From: an uncultured delta proteobacterium
Lineage (GTDB): Bacteria; Desulfobacterota; RBG-13-43-22
Length of the DNA: 64,000 nt
Assembly (NCBI GenBank): GCA_963802945.1
Contig: CAWDKY010000015.1
Span: 320,001-384,000, forward strand
Direction of reading: 5' to 3'
In this document: piece by piece, positions 29,848 to 39,756 of the stretch
How the letters are laid out: every line of letters begins with the position of its first letter
How positions within the stretch are numbered: position 1 is the stretch's first letter
The notes under the pieces: model-generated
Databases searched by the model: none
Seen by the model: the letters and a program-made list of their open reading frames with translations, nothing else
Told to the model about the DNA's origin: nothing
Made by a program: the position numbers and the translations under genes

Positions 29848-31284
29848 TTAGTCCCTTACTGGTTTACATTTCCAAAAATAGGTATGGGCTCCGAGTGTGT
29901 GTCGCAATTGTCTGAAGGTCATCTCGACGCGCATACCCACTTGACATTCATCCGGTTCACGGTCAACCATAAGAAATTGACCCCGTCCCCCTCCATCAAA
30001 ATCGACGACCGCGGCCGTGGCCGGAGGATCGATTCCGCCGGCTAAAAAGTCGTGGCTGAAGCTTCTGACCGTTCCCGCCTTGTCGGCAAATCGATAAGGT
30101 TCAAAATCATCCCTGGCCTGGCATTGGAGGCAGATATGGGCCCGTGTGGAACTCTGGCTGAGATACAACTGCGGAGTCCCGCATTTTTTGCACTTCACCC
30201 CATAGAGCGGCAGGGCCGTTTCATGTTCCCTCCATTGGGCCGACATGGAGGCTGCAGCTGCAGGGGGTCTGGCCGCAGGCGCCAGGGAGATCATTTCCCT
30301 CCACCTCAGGTATCGGCCGTAGCTGTTCAGTATTTTTTTGATTTCCAGGTGTTTCTTGATGCCTCTGCGATTTTTGATATTCTTAATCTCTTCCGTCACC
30401 CGGAGCAGAATCGCTGCACTTCCGTTGCCATAACTCACCAGTAGAATCCGGTCCCCGGGCTTGGCCACCTCCAGGGCCGCTACCAGGATCATCAGCGGAA
30501 GGGCCGTGCCGGTATCCCCCACAGTTCCCAGCAAGGGATCCTGGATCTGTTCTGGTTTAAAGCCCATCTGTTTGCCTAATGTGGCCTGAACTCTGGCGTT
30601 GGCGCCATAAAGACAGACCTTGGCGATATCTCCTTTGGCCACGTTGCTTTTTTTCAGTAAACCTTCAACGGCTTCCTTCGGGATTTTCAGATAACCCTGC
30701 TCACGTCCGAATCGATCCTCCCAATGACGGACGAATTTATCATCGCTGTCCCGCCAGTAATCGCTCAAATCATCGGATAAGGTATAGGAATCTTCGACTT
30801 CAACCGCGACCTTATCCTTTCCAAAAAGCAAGGCGGCACTCCCGTCGCCAAAGGCCATTTCATCCCCACCGGCCGCACCGCCCAAACGCATATCCGCGGC
30901 TGTGACTAATACCTTATTCAATGAACCCGCTTTAACGGCATCCAGGGCAGATAGCATGGCGGTTGTCCCGGCCCGGAGGCAGTTGCTAAAGTCCGCATTG
31001 CGAGATGCTCTCGGAAGATCAAGGGCACTCGCGACGATGTTCGCGCATTGTCGTTCTCGATAAGGTGAACAGGTTGTTGCCATGAACAGGGCATTGACGG
31101 TTTTAGGATCAATGCCTTTCAGGCAGTCCAGGCCGGCGGCGACCGACATGGTTACCGGATCCTCGTCGGATCCTGCGACTGCCTTCTCCCCGCGTCCCCC
31201 GGGCTGACCCCACATCTGCCCGATGACACTTTGAGGCAACCTATAATATGGAATGTATGCGCCGAATGATACAATACCTGCCAT
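29848..31284 (-). CDS. HMG-CoA-synthase-like domain fused to DUF35 (Zn ribbon-OB fold)
   Basis: GAYIPYYRL, DEDPVTM, GDGSAA, GDTG, SYGNG; C-terminal CKKC...CLQC, VGMRVEMTFR, YFWKC. Confidence 0.85.
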   Translation of the reverse strand: MAGIVSFGAYIPYYRLPQSVIGQMWGQPGGRGEKAVAGSDEDPVTMSVAAGLDCLKGIDPKTVNALFMATTCSPYRERQCANIVASALDLPRASRNADFSNCLRAGTTAMLSALDAVKAGSLNKVLVTAADMRLGGAAGGDEMAFGDGSAALLFGKDKVAVEVEDSYTLSDDLSDYWRDSDDKFVRHWEDRFGREQGYLKIPKEAVEGLLKKSNVAKGDIAKVCLYGANARVQATLGKQMGFKPEQIQDPLLGTVGDTGTALPLMILVAALEVAKPGDRILLVSYGNGSAAILLRVTEEIKNIKNRRGIKKHLEIKKILNSYGRYLRWREMISLAPAARPPAAAASMSAQWREHETALPLYGVKCKKCGTPQLYLSQSSTRAHICLQCQARDDFEPYRFADKAGTVRSFSHDFLAGGIDPPATAAVVDFDGGGRGQFLMVDREPDECQVGMRVEMTFRQLRHTLGAHTYFWKCKPVRD

Positions 31285-31674
31285 TTTTCCTCCTTTCAAA
31301 TCTTCTGTGTTTTTTCTCTTATTTTGTTGCTTAAAAGACCCCTAAGTAATCAGGTCTTTTCCCCATTGTCCTTTGAAGTCAGGACATATATCTCTTCCCA
31401 TCTCGTGAGATGTTAAAACAAATTTATTTGGGTAAAACTATAATTATTTATAATTTAAACTAAAAAGGCCGTCAAGGAAAAATAAAGGGGGAAAAGAAGA
31501 AACAACTTACGGTCGAAAACAGGGCATTCTGTGGGGTGGTTTCATTTGAGGCTCCCTGCACCAAAGTGTTATCATACAAGGCAAATAGCTACCTATTTGA
31601 ATTTGCTTGCCAATACAGTAAAAAGCTAAACGTGATTGCCATGCAGTCAAATTAACGAGGATGATTTAGATAAT

Positions 31675-31716
31675 CAAACAAAAAGAGGGCTTTGAAAATG
31701 GCCCTCTTTTTGTTTG
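31675..31716. terminator. Intrinsic terminator downstream of the thiolase pair
   Basis: Perfect inverted repeat CAAACAAAAAGAGGGC / GCCCTCTTTTTGTTTG with T-tracts on both strands. Confidence 0.8.
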
Positions 31717-31728
31717 GTATCGTAAAAG

Positions 31729-33024
31729 TTAATTAAGTGCTTCTATAATAGTTGTAGCTCCTTGACCTCCTCCGATGCACTGTGTGGCCAATCCATAACG
31801 CTTACCGCTGCGCCGGAGTTCCTTGGCCACTGTGAAAACGAGCCGATTGCCTGTCGCGCCGATCGGGTGTCCGATACCGAGAGATCCGCCGTTGACGTTC
31901 ACCTTGTCCTCAGAGATGCCGAGTTCCTTCAATGTGCCAATAACCTGACAGGCGAAGGCCTCATTGAATTCAATCCGATCGATCTGATCAATCGTCAGTC
32001 CGGCATGCTTAAGTGCTTTTTTGGTTGATACGACCGGCCCCATGCCCATGATCTGCTGCTTGACCCCACCGTTTCCCCAACCGATGATCCGGGCCAGAGG
32101 TTCTAATCGCATTTTAATGGCCATCTCTTCACTCATGATCAGACTGGCCGTGGCACCATAATTGGTCGGGCAGGAATTTCCGGCCGTGATCCTGAGCTCC
32201 TGACCGCCGTAACTGACAATATCCTTGACCGGTGGCAACTTAGCCAAAGAGGCCACGTTCGTCTCCGGTCGCAGGCATTCATCGCGGTCAAAGAGGATCA
32301 TCTTTCCATGGGCATCTTCCACCCATTGTTTTTTGTCATCAAATACCGGTTCTTCGATTTCCAAAGGTATGACCTCGTCCTTATAGACGCCCTTGCCATA
32401 AGCGGCAGCCAGCTTTTTATGGCTCCTTTCGGAAAAGGCATCTATCTCCTGCCTGGTCATGTTATACATCTCAACCACATTCTGGGCAGTCTGGACCATC
32501 GAAGCGTTTGGAGGGGAATCAAGGAGAAAATCAGGTATGGGCGTAGAAAAATATTCAAAATGGTCATGGGCCATATCCCGCTGGACCTTATTTTTCTCCA
32601 AGGTTCTTGGGTTGAAGTTGCCCACCCGTGTCGTATTCTCCGAGAAACCACGCGGACCGAACTGGCGTTCAACACCAAAAGAGATACCGCATTCATATTG
32701 ACCTAAGGCGATGGCCATGGCAATCCGCAACAGGGCCTCCATGCTGGAGGCGCAGTGCCGGTCGGTATAGAAGTTGGTCACTTCATAGGGGAGGCCGGCC
32801 AGACGGGAGATATTGTTCAGCATTGAAAGATCCTGGGCCCTGCGCCCGTTGCCGATCCCGAATTCAGCGATCATGGTCGGTTTAACTTTAGGATTCCGGG
32901 CCAATAAGGCCTGGACAATCTTGGCCCCCAATTCATCCATACGCGTTGCTTCCAACTTTCCTTTGCCGCCGCGGGAAAAGGCCGACCGGCATCCATCAAC
33001 AATGACTACATTCCTTGCGTTCAT
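31729..33024 (-). CDS. Thiolase (acetyl-CoA C-acyltransferase), paralog 1
   Basis: RHCASS catalytic Cys, TAGNSC, NEAFA, GHPIGATG, CIGGGQG. Confidence 0.93.
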   Translation of the reverse strand: MNARNVVIVDGCRSAFSRGGKGKLEATRMDELGAKIVQALLARNPKVKPTMIAEFGIGNGRRAQDLSMLNNISRLAGLPYEVTNFYTDRHCASSMEALLRIAMAIALGQYECGISFGVERQFGPRGFSENTTRVGNFNPRTLEKNKVQRDMAHDHFEYFSTPIPDFLLDSPPNASMVQTAQNVVEMYNMTRQEIDAFSERSHKKLAAAYGKGVYKDEVIPLEIEEPVFDDKKQWVEDAHGKMILFDRDECLRPETNVASLAKLPPVKDIVSYGGQELRITAGNSCPTNYGATASLIMSEEMAIKMRLEPLARIIGWGNGGVKQQIMGMGPVVSTKKALKHAGLTIDQIDRIEFNEAFACQVIGTLKELGISEDKVNVNGGSLGIGHPIGATGNRLVFTVAKELRRSGKRYGLATQCIGGGQGATTIIEALN

Positions 33025-33095
33025 TTGTTCACCTTTCTTTTATTTAAAAGAAGAGCCTTTATCAAAGTCCTTCTCAATTAACATTCACTGATTGT

Positions 33096-34400
33096 TTAGT
33101 TAAGGGCCTCCAAAATGGTTGTGGCTCCTTGCCCTCCGCCGATACATTGGGTGGCTACGCCGTAACGCTTACCGCTGCGCCGGAGTTCTTTGGCTACGGT
33201 GAGCACAAGACGGCAACCTGTGGCTCCAATCGGGTGCCCGATACCCAGAGAGCCGCCGTTGACATTCACCTTTTCCTCCGGGATACCAAGCTCTCTCAAG
33301 GTGATGATAACCTGGCAGGCAAAGGCTTCATTAAATTCAATCCGGTCGATCTGATCAAGCGTAATACCGGCGTGTTTGATGGCCTTCTTGGTTGAGACGA
33401 TGGGACCTATTCCCATGATCTGCTGTTTGACCCCGCCGTTCCCCCAGCCGATGATCCGGGCCAGCGGTTCCAGTTTCATCTTAAGGGCCATTTCTTCACT
33501 CATCAATAAAGCGGCTGAAGCCCCGGAATTGGTCGGGCAGGAATTGCCGGCTGTGATCCTAAGCTCCTGATTGCCATAACTGACGATACCCTTGACCGGA
33601 CCCAATTTAGCCAGACCTTCCATGGAGCAATCCGGACGCACGCATTCATCGCGGTCGAAGAGGACCTTTGGACCATATTCGTTCTCTACCCATTGACGTT
33701 TATCATCAAACACAGGTTGTTCTATCTCCACCGGAATGATTTCATCCTTATAAATACCTTTTTCATAAGCCGCAGTCAGCTTTTTATGGCTTCGAACAGC
33801 AAAGGCATCCAATTCTTCCCTGGTCATGTCATACATTTCAACCACGTTCTGGGCAGTCTGGACCATGGAGGCATTGGGTGGAGAATCCAGGATAAAATCT
33901 GGTATAGGTCTTGAAAAATATTCAAAATGGTCGTGGGCCAGATTCCGTTGGATTTCGTTCTTCTCCAATGTCCTGGGGTTAAAATCGCTGACCCGCGTCG
34001 TTACCGGAGCAGCACGGCCGCCAAGGAGTTCTCGAGTCATACGCTCTACGCCGAAGGCGATGCCGCAGTCATACTGGCCGAGGATGATGGCCATGGCAAT
34101 GCGCAGCAGGGCTTCCATGCTCGAAGCACAATGCCTGTCCGAGTAAAAATTAGTTACTTCGTAGGGCAGGCCGGCCAAACGGGAAATATTATTCAGGGCT
34201 GAAAGATCCGCGGCCCTGGCGCCGTTACCGATCCCGAATTCGGCAATCATGGTCGGTTTGACCTTGGGATTCCGTTCCAGCAGTGCCCGGACCACCGTTG
34301 CCCCGATTTCATCCATGCGAGTCGCCTCGAACTTCCCCACGCCGCCGCGGGAAAAAGCCGATCGACATCCATCTACAATTACTACATTTCTTGCTTTCAT
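33096..34400 (-). CDS. Thiolase, paralog 2
   Basis: Same motifs as the neighbour; collinear and highly similar to it. Confidence 0.93.
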   Translation of the reverse strand: MKARNVVIVDGCRSAFSRGGVGKFEATRMDEIGATVVRALLERNPKVKPTMIAEFGIGNGARAADLSALNNISRLAGLPYEVTNFYSDRHCASSMEALLRIAMAIILGQYDCGIAFGVERMTRELLGGRAAPVTTRVSDFNPRTLEKNEIQRNLAHDHFEYFSRPIPDFILDSPPNASMVQTAQNVVEMYDMTREELDAFAVRSHKKLTAAYEKGIYKDEIIPVEIEQPVFDDKRQWVENEYGPKVLFDRDECVRPDCSMEGLAKLGPVKGIVSYGNQELRITAGNSCPTNSGASAALLMSEEMALKMKLEPLARIIGWGNGGVKQQIMGIGPIVSTKKAIKHAGITLDQIDRIEFNEAFACQVIITLRELGIPEEKVNVNGGSLGIGHPIGATGCRLVLTVAKELRRSGKRYGVATQCIGGGQGATTILEALN

Positions 34401-34592
34401 TAAGTCACCTCTCATTTTTTTTAAATTATCCCTTTGACAGAGAATTGAAAAAATTATTGGAAATAGCACAGACAACCGTATTATAATTTTTGTCAACTGT
34501 TATATTAAAGTTGGATTTCCGATGTCAAGGGGAAAAAAAGAGGCTGCCTTAAACCAACAGGAAAAATTGACTCGACGTTCAATAGAATGGCT

Positions 34593-34973
34593 TCAGGAGG
34601 GAGCGTTAGTTTTTTTACCGAATAACTGATTCAGACGAAGGAGCAGGGAAAAGTCGCCTATGACTTTGTACTTCTGTTCCATAAACATCTGCTGACCGTC
34701 GGCCTTGCGGGTTAAGATATCCATCCAGATCTCAAAAGGGGATTCAATGGTCACCTCCGGGTTTTCGGCCTCACCCATTCCCGTGGTGATGCCGCCGTTT
34801 TCAATTTTAAAATAACAAGGCCCCTCAACTTCCCCGGAAAAATTAAATTGCATAACGGCCTTCAAGTCCTGGGCGGCTTCCGGATTGAAGCCCATAGACA
34901 TGATTATCAGGAAGGTCTCGATGGAGTCTGGTCGCGGCATGATTTCTTTTTCGTCAAATTCCCTGGGGGACAT
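34593..34973 (-). CDS. SCP2 sterol/lipid-binding domain protein (possibly a C-terminal fragment)
   Basis: FNPEAAQDLKAVMQFNFSG, ADGQQMFMEQKYKVIGDF. Confidence 0.8.
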   Translation of the reverse strand: MSPREFDEKEIMPRPDSIETFLIIMSMGFNPEAAQDLKAVMQFNFSGEVEGPCYFKIENGGITTGMGEAENPEVTIESPFEIWMDILTRKADGQQMFMEQKYKVIGDFSLLLRLNQLFGKKTNAPS

Positions 34974-35197
34974 TTTAACTTTGGTAGCACAACCTTGCTT
35001 TTTCTCCTTGACCCTTCATCAGGCTTATTTTATGCTTTAACTATTCCCAAAAGTCCTCACTGCATTGACTGCAGGGGAAGAGAGGATAAACCCCCTGGAT
35101 ATTTAGAAGGGACAACAATTCATTCTATTTCAGGGCTTCCTTTTAGTGAATGGTTTTCAATGAAGCCCTGATAATAAACTTAAGAAGGAGAAAGCAG

Positions 35198-36875
35198 ATG
35201 GCTGAAGTAAGAGCAGGTAAAATCTTGGTTAAAATACTTAAAGAGGCGGGCGTCAAGTTTTTATCGGGGATTCATGGCGGTCATCTGTGGCCCCTATTGA
35301 GTGCCCTTGATGAAGACATGAGAATGATTCATCTTCGCCATGAACAGTCAGGACCTTATATTTCGGATGGGTGGGGCAGGACCACGGGCCGTCCCGGGGT
35401 ATGCTTCGGGACCGCTGGACCGGGGATGTACAATATGGTACCCGGTATCGCCCACGCCTTTTTATGCAAAAGTCCGGTGGTGGCCATCGCCGGTCAGCAT
35501 GAGGCCTTTCATGATGGCTGGGCCCCATTCCAGGAAGGATACGGGGAAGAGGTCTGCCGGAGCTTCACCAAGTGGTCTAAAAGGATCGTTGATCCCCGGA
35601 CTATGACCTTCCATCTCCAGAAGGCCTTGAGGGATGCGGTGGCCTATCCTCCAGGGCCGGTAGTCCTGGAGATCCCGGTGAATGTCCTGGGTAGAAGGGA
35701 AGAGGAGGCCAGGCAAATAGGCTATATCCCGACGGATCAATGTGCTGATATGAGTAAATCTGTGGCCGATCCGATCCTGGTTGATAAGATCGTACAAATG
35801 TTTCTTGAGGCTAAAAGACCGGCTATCATCGGGGGAGATGGGATCTACTGGTCGGGGGCCTCGGAAGAATTGAGGGAATTTGTTGAACTGCTGAATATTC
35901 CGGTCATCACCAGGCGAATGGGAAGAGGGGCGGTTCCCGAGACCCATCCCCTGGCTTTTACCGGTGCTTTCCGGAGACCCATCTTAATGGTGCGGACGTG
36001 ATCGCCGTCTTTGGGCTGCGGATGAGCAATCTGGAGCACTATGGCCAACCCCCGACTTACAGTCACCAGGCCAAATATATCCTGGTATCGGAGGCCTATG
36101 AAGATCTGGATGCCAGGGTCCCCACAGAAATCAGGCTCATGGCCAATCCCAGGCTGGTCCTCAGGCAGATGATCGATTGTGCCAAGGATCTGATCAAAGA
36201 AACCCCCGAGCGGACCGAATGGCTTAAACAGGTAGCCACGGCCAAAGAGGCTGCCCGGAAAAAGCGGGTCGAGATGGTCGAAGGGGTACGTGAGCGCCAG
36301 GCCCATCAATCCGCATTTTCTGGCCCAGGAGGTCGTGGATTTTCTGGATGACAGCGCCACCATTATCCTTGGATTCCTATTCCATGGCCGGTTTTACCAC
36401 CGACAAGATCGATGCCAAATTCGCCGGGCAGGTCCTGGATGCGGGCACGGACGGAGGGGTCGGCCACTCGGTGGGGATAGCCATAGGCGCCCAGATGGGC
36501 AGACCCGGGAAGCAGGTGCTGGCCTTGCTGGGAGACGGCGGTTTAGGGGTCGCCGGATTCGATATTGAAACCGCCGCCAGGTACAAAATTCCGGCCGTGT
36601 ACCTCCTTTTCAACAACAGCTCCTGGATAAGCACGGAGTTTCAGAAGACGACTTTACCCAAGGTGGATTCCTGGGGGATGCTGCCCGATATTCGATACGA
36701 TAAGATGTTTGCCGAGGTGGGCTGCCACACCGAGTTTGTTACCGAACCGGAGCAGATCCGCCCGGCCCTGGAGCGGTCTTTTAATTCCGGGAAGACTTCC
36801 CTGATCAATGTTATTCCCGACAATACGATTTTACCTCCACAGATAGGCGTAAGCCAGGCCAGGGCACGCGAGTAG
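35198..36875 (+). CDS. ThDP-dependent enzyme (acetolactate synthase / 2-hydroxyacyl-CoA lyase / oxalyl-CoA decarboxylase family), three apparent frameshifts
   Basis: RHEQ, TAGPG, PPGPVVLEIP, GDGGLG...NNS ThDP motif; domains continue across ORFs with frame changes near 35986, 36290, 36370. Confidence 0.85.
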
Positions 36876-36895
36876 TCCGGAAAGGAGAGGGTTTT

Positions 36896-37622
36896 ATGAG
36901 GATCGACGACAAAGAATGCGTAGGGTGCGGACTGTGTCTGGTCTATTGCCCCATGGGGGCTATCAGCATGGATGAGGAAACTGAGGCCGCTATGATCGAT
37001 GAGGATGAGTGTGTGGAATGCGGCGTCTGTTTCAGATCCAAGGTGTGTCCGGTAGATGCCTTTGAGGAAGAGGTCCATTCCTGGCCCCGTTCCATAAGGG
37101 CGGCTTTTTCCAATCCTCTTCTGGTCCACAAAGAAACCCGGGTTCCGGGTCGGGGAACAGAGGAGGCCAAAACCAACGATGTAACCGGGCAGTTCAGAAA
37201 GGGCTTTGTCGGTGTAACCACAGAGATGGGCAGACCGGGTCTTGGAGCAAGATTCTATGATGTCGAAAAGGTGGCTCAGGCACTGGCCAGGGCCGGGGTT
37301 GACTTCGCTCCCAATAATCCGGTCACCTATTTGATGGTTGATCAGAGAACCGGGAAATTAAATAAGGAGATTATCAACGAGAAGGTTTGTTCGGCCATGA
37401 TCGAAAGCACCACCCCCATTGAAAATCTCCCTAAAGTGATAAAGGAGCTGAAAGGGGTCGCTCCTCAGATAGAGACCGTTTTTAGTCTGACGATTTCAAG
37501 CCGGCTGGAGGATGACGGCACAGCGCCCTGCGAGAAAATATTGAAAGACCTTGAGGTGCCGTTTTACATCAATGGGAAAGACCAATGTGGGCCTGGGCCG
37601 TCCCTTGTTTGAGGAGGTATAG
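36896..37622 (+). CDS. 2x[4Fe-4S] ferredoxin domain fused to an uncharacterised domain; probable +1 indel near 37577
   Basis: CVGCGLC..CP and CVECGVC...CP; GRGTEEAKTNDVTG; the alternative frame ends KTNVGLGRPLFEEV* 2 nt before the next ATG. Confidence 0.8.
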
Positions 37623-37624
37623 TT

Positions 37625-38248
37625 ATGACCCATACATTACACCGGCGAGGATCGGAAAAAAGTTTAGAGAGGGATTATGTCCTGTTGTGCATGGCCGCCA
37701 AGGGGATCAATGAAAAAGGCTCTGAGGAGAAGATGCGGGAGTTTCTGAGGATCAATCTGCGTCATAATCCGGTCAATATTGGGGATATGAGAACAGGCAA
37801 TATGTACAATGTACCCATCGATGAGATCATGAAAAAAGTCACCAGCACGAGCATTGTTCATGGTGTTTTCACCGATCAGGAAACGGTGATGAATGTCCTG
37901 AAGGATCTTAAGAAAGCCGATCTGGGACTGTCGGTCGTGGTCAGCGGTCCTTTCGGCTGTGTGGGAGAGCTTTGCCGGGCCGCCGGACTCCGTCCCCATT
38001 CTGTGGATTACTCAGGGGATATCTGGGGGAAAAGGGATAAATTGCCGTCGGATGAGATACTGGAAGTGACCACCATGTGCGGTCACGCCATGGTGGCAAC
38101 TAACTTGGTGAAGTCCCTGATCGATGAAATAAAAGCCGGGGAGAGAAGCGCCGAGGATGCCGGTAAAGAACTGGCCAGGATCTGTGAATGCGGGATATTC
38201 AACCCGGTCCGTGCAGCTGAACTTTTGAAGGGAATGGCCTCAAAATAA
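37625..38248 (+). CDS. Conserved hypothetical protein with His/Cys motifs
   Basis: MTHTLHRRG, TMCGH, CECGIFNP; GAGGAGG RBS; directly follows the ferredoxin gene. Confidence 0.8.
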   Translation: MTHTLHRRGSEKSLERDYVLLCMAAKGINEKGSEEKMREFLRINLRHNPVNIGDMRTGNMYNVPIDEIMKKVTSTSIVHGVFTDQETVMNVLKDLKKADLGLSVVVSGPFGCVGELCRAAGLRPHSVDYSGDIWGKRDKLPSDEILEVTTMCGHAMVATNLVKSLIDEIKAGERSAEDAGKELARICECGIFNPVRAAELLKGMASK

Positions 38249-38353
38249 GGTTAAGGTTCAAGTTCAAGGTGTAAGGTTCAAAGATAAAGACCGAGACCCT
38301 ATACCCTACCCTTAGACCTTGTACCGGGGTTTTTTAGTTTAGGAGGTCTGAAA

Positions 38354-39531
38354 ATGGGTCTGCCATTGGAAGGAATAAGGGTCGTAGATTTTACCCAGTA
38401 TCAACAGGGAACGGTCTGCACGGAGATGCTGGCCGACTGGGGAGCGGATGTAATCAAGATAGAGCCCCGCAATATCGGTGAACCGGGCAGGGGAGGAAAC
38501 GCCTGGGGGCCTAAAGGTGTGCCCGTTTATTTTGAGGCTTATAACCGCAACAAGAGGAGCATGACCATAGACCTTAAGAAAGAGAAGGGCAAGGAGATCG
38601 TCTATAAACTGGTAAAAACAGCAGATCTATTTGCCCAGAACTTCCGCCCTGGTGTGGCCGAACGCCTGGGTTTTGGGTATAAAGCCTTGTCCGAGATCAA
38701 CCCCAGGATTATCTATCTGAGCGGGTCGGGTTTTGGCCTGAAAGGTCCCATGTGGGACCGTCCCGGATTCGATTCCGTGGGCCAGGCCATGGGGGGACTC
38801 ATGAGCATCAACGCCCAGCCCGGTATGACCGAGCATATGGTAGGGACTGGAATCGGCGACCAGACAGGGGGTTTCCTGCTCAGCTGGGGGGCCTTGCTGG
38901 CCTTGATCGATCGTGAACGGACCGGGAAAGGTCAGGAAGTTGATGTTTCTCTGATAGGCAGTGTGATCGCTTTACAAAGTTCGACCTTCCTGGCCCACCT
39001 TTTGACCGGCCATGTCCCAGAAAAACGAAGGGGTCGAATCACCACCACGGTCTTTGCCAGCAGCTTCACAGCCAAGGACGGCAAGTCTTTCATCATCCAG
39101 ACCGTCGGCGCGGAAAAAAGGGACAAGGTCTTTGAACTGGCAGGTCTGGACAAAGACCCCAGGTTTGATACCAAGGAAAAAGGCGCCAAAATGAAGATGA
39201 AATGTTTAAGGCCTTTGATGCCGTCTTTGCCACCAAGACCCGTGATGAATGGCTGAAGATTCTGGTGGAGGCTGATATCGTCTGCGCCCCGGTTTACAGC
39301 TACCCTGAGGTGGCCAGTGATCCTCAGGTGTTGGCCAATGAATATGTTGTTGAGATAAACCACCCGACAGAGGGTTCAGCCAGAATTATCGGTAATCCTA
39401 TCCACCTCAGCCGATGTGAGGCCAGGACCGGCGTAGCCCCTCTATTGGGACAGCATACAGAAGAGATATTTAAAGAGGCAGGATATTCCTCGGAAGAGAT
39501 CGCCGCCTTCAGAAAGGAAGAAGTGATTTGA
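38354..39531 (+). CDS. Class III CoA-transferase (CaiB/BaiF/Frc), frameshift near 39190
   Basis: LEGIRVVDF, LADWGADVIKIE, NRNKRS, NFRPG, catalytic GIGDQTGG, APLLGQHT in the second ORF. Confidence 0.9.
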
Positions 39532-39674
39532 CTGTTCCCTCTTTAGGGAAACATGAAAGAAGAAAATTTCGAATATCAAATAATAAATGATGAATGTCGA
39601 AGAGGGAAGGGCATTACTTCATGATCAGAAATTTGATGTTCGATATTCAATATTTCTATTTTTGAATTAAGCCC

Positions 39675-39704
39675 TCATGCCCCTTGGTACCCCAAGGGGC
39701 ATGA
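39675..39704. terminator. Hairpin between convergent genes (terminator or REP-like)
   Basis: TCATGCCCCTTGG-TACC-CCAAGGGGCATGA perfect 13-bp stem. Confidence 0.6.
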
Positions 39705-39756
39705 AATTTGGCTTTTCACCGAACACCGAACTCTTAACTCGAAACTTATCTTCGTA

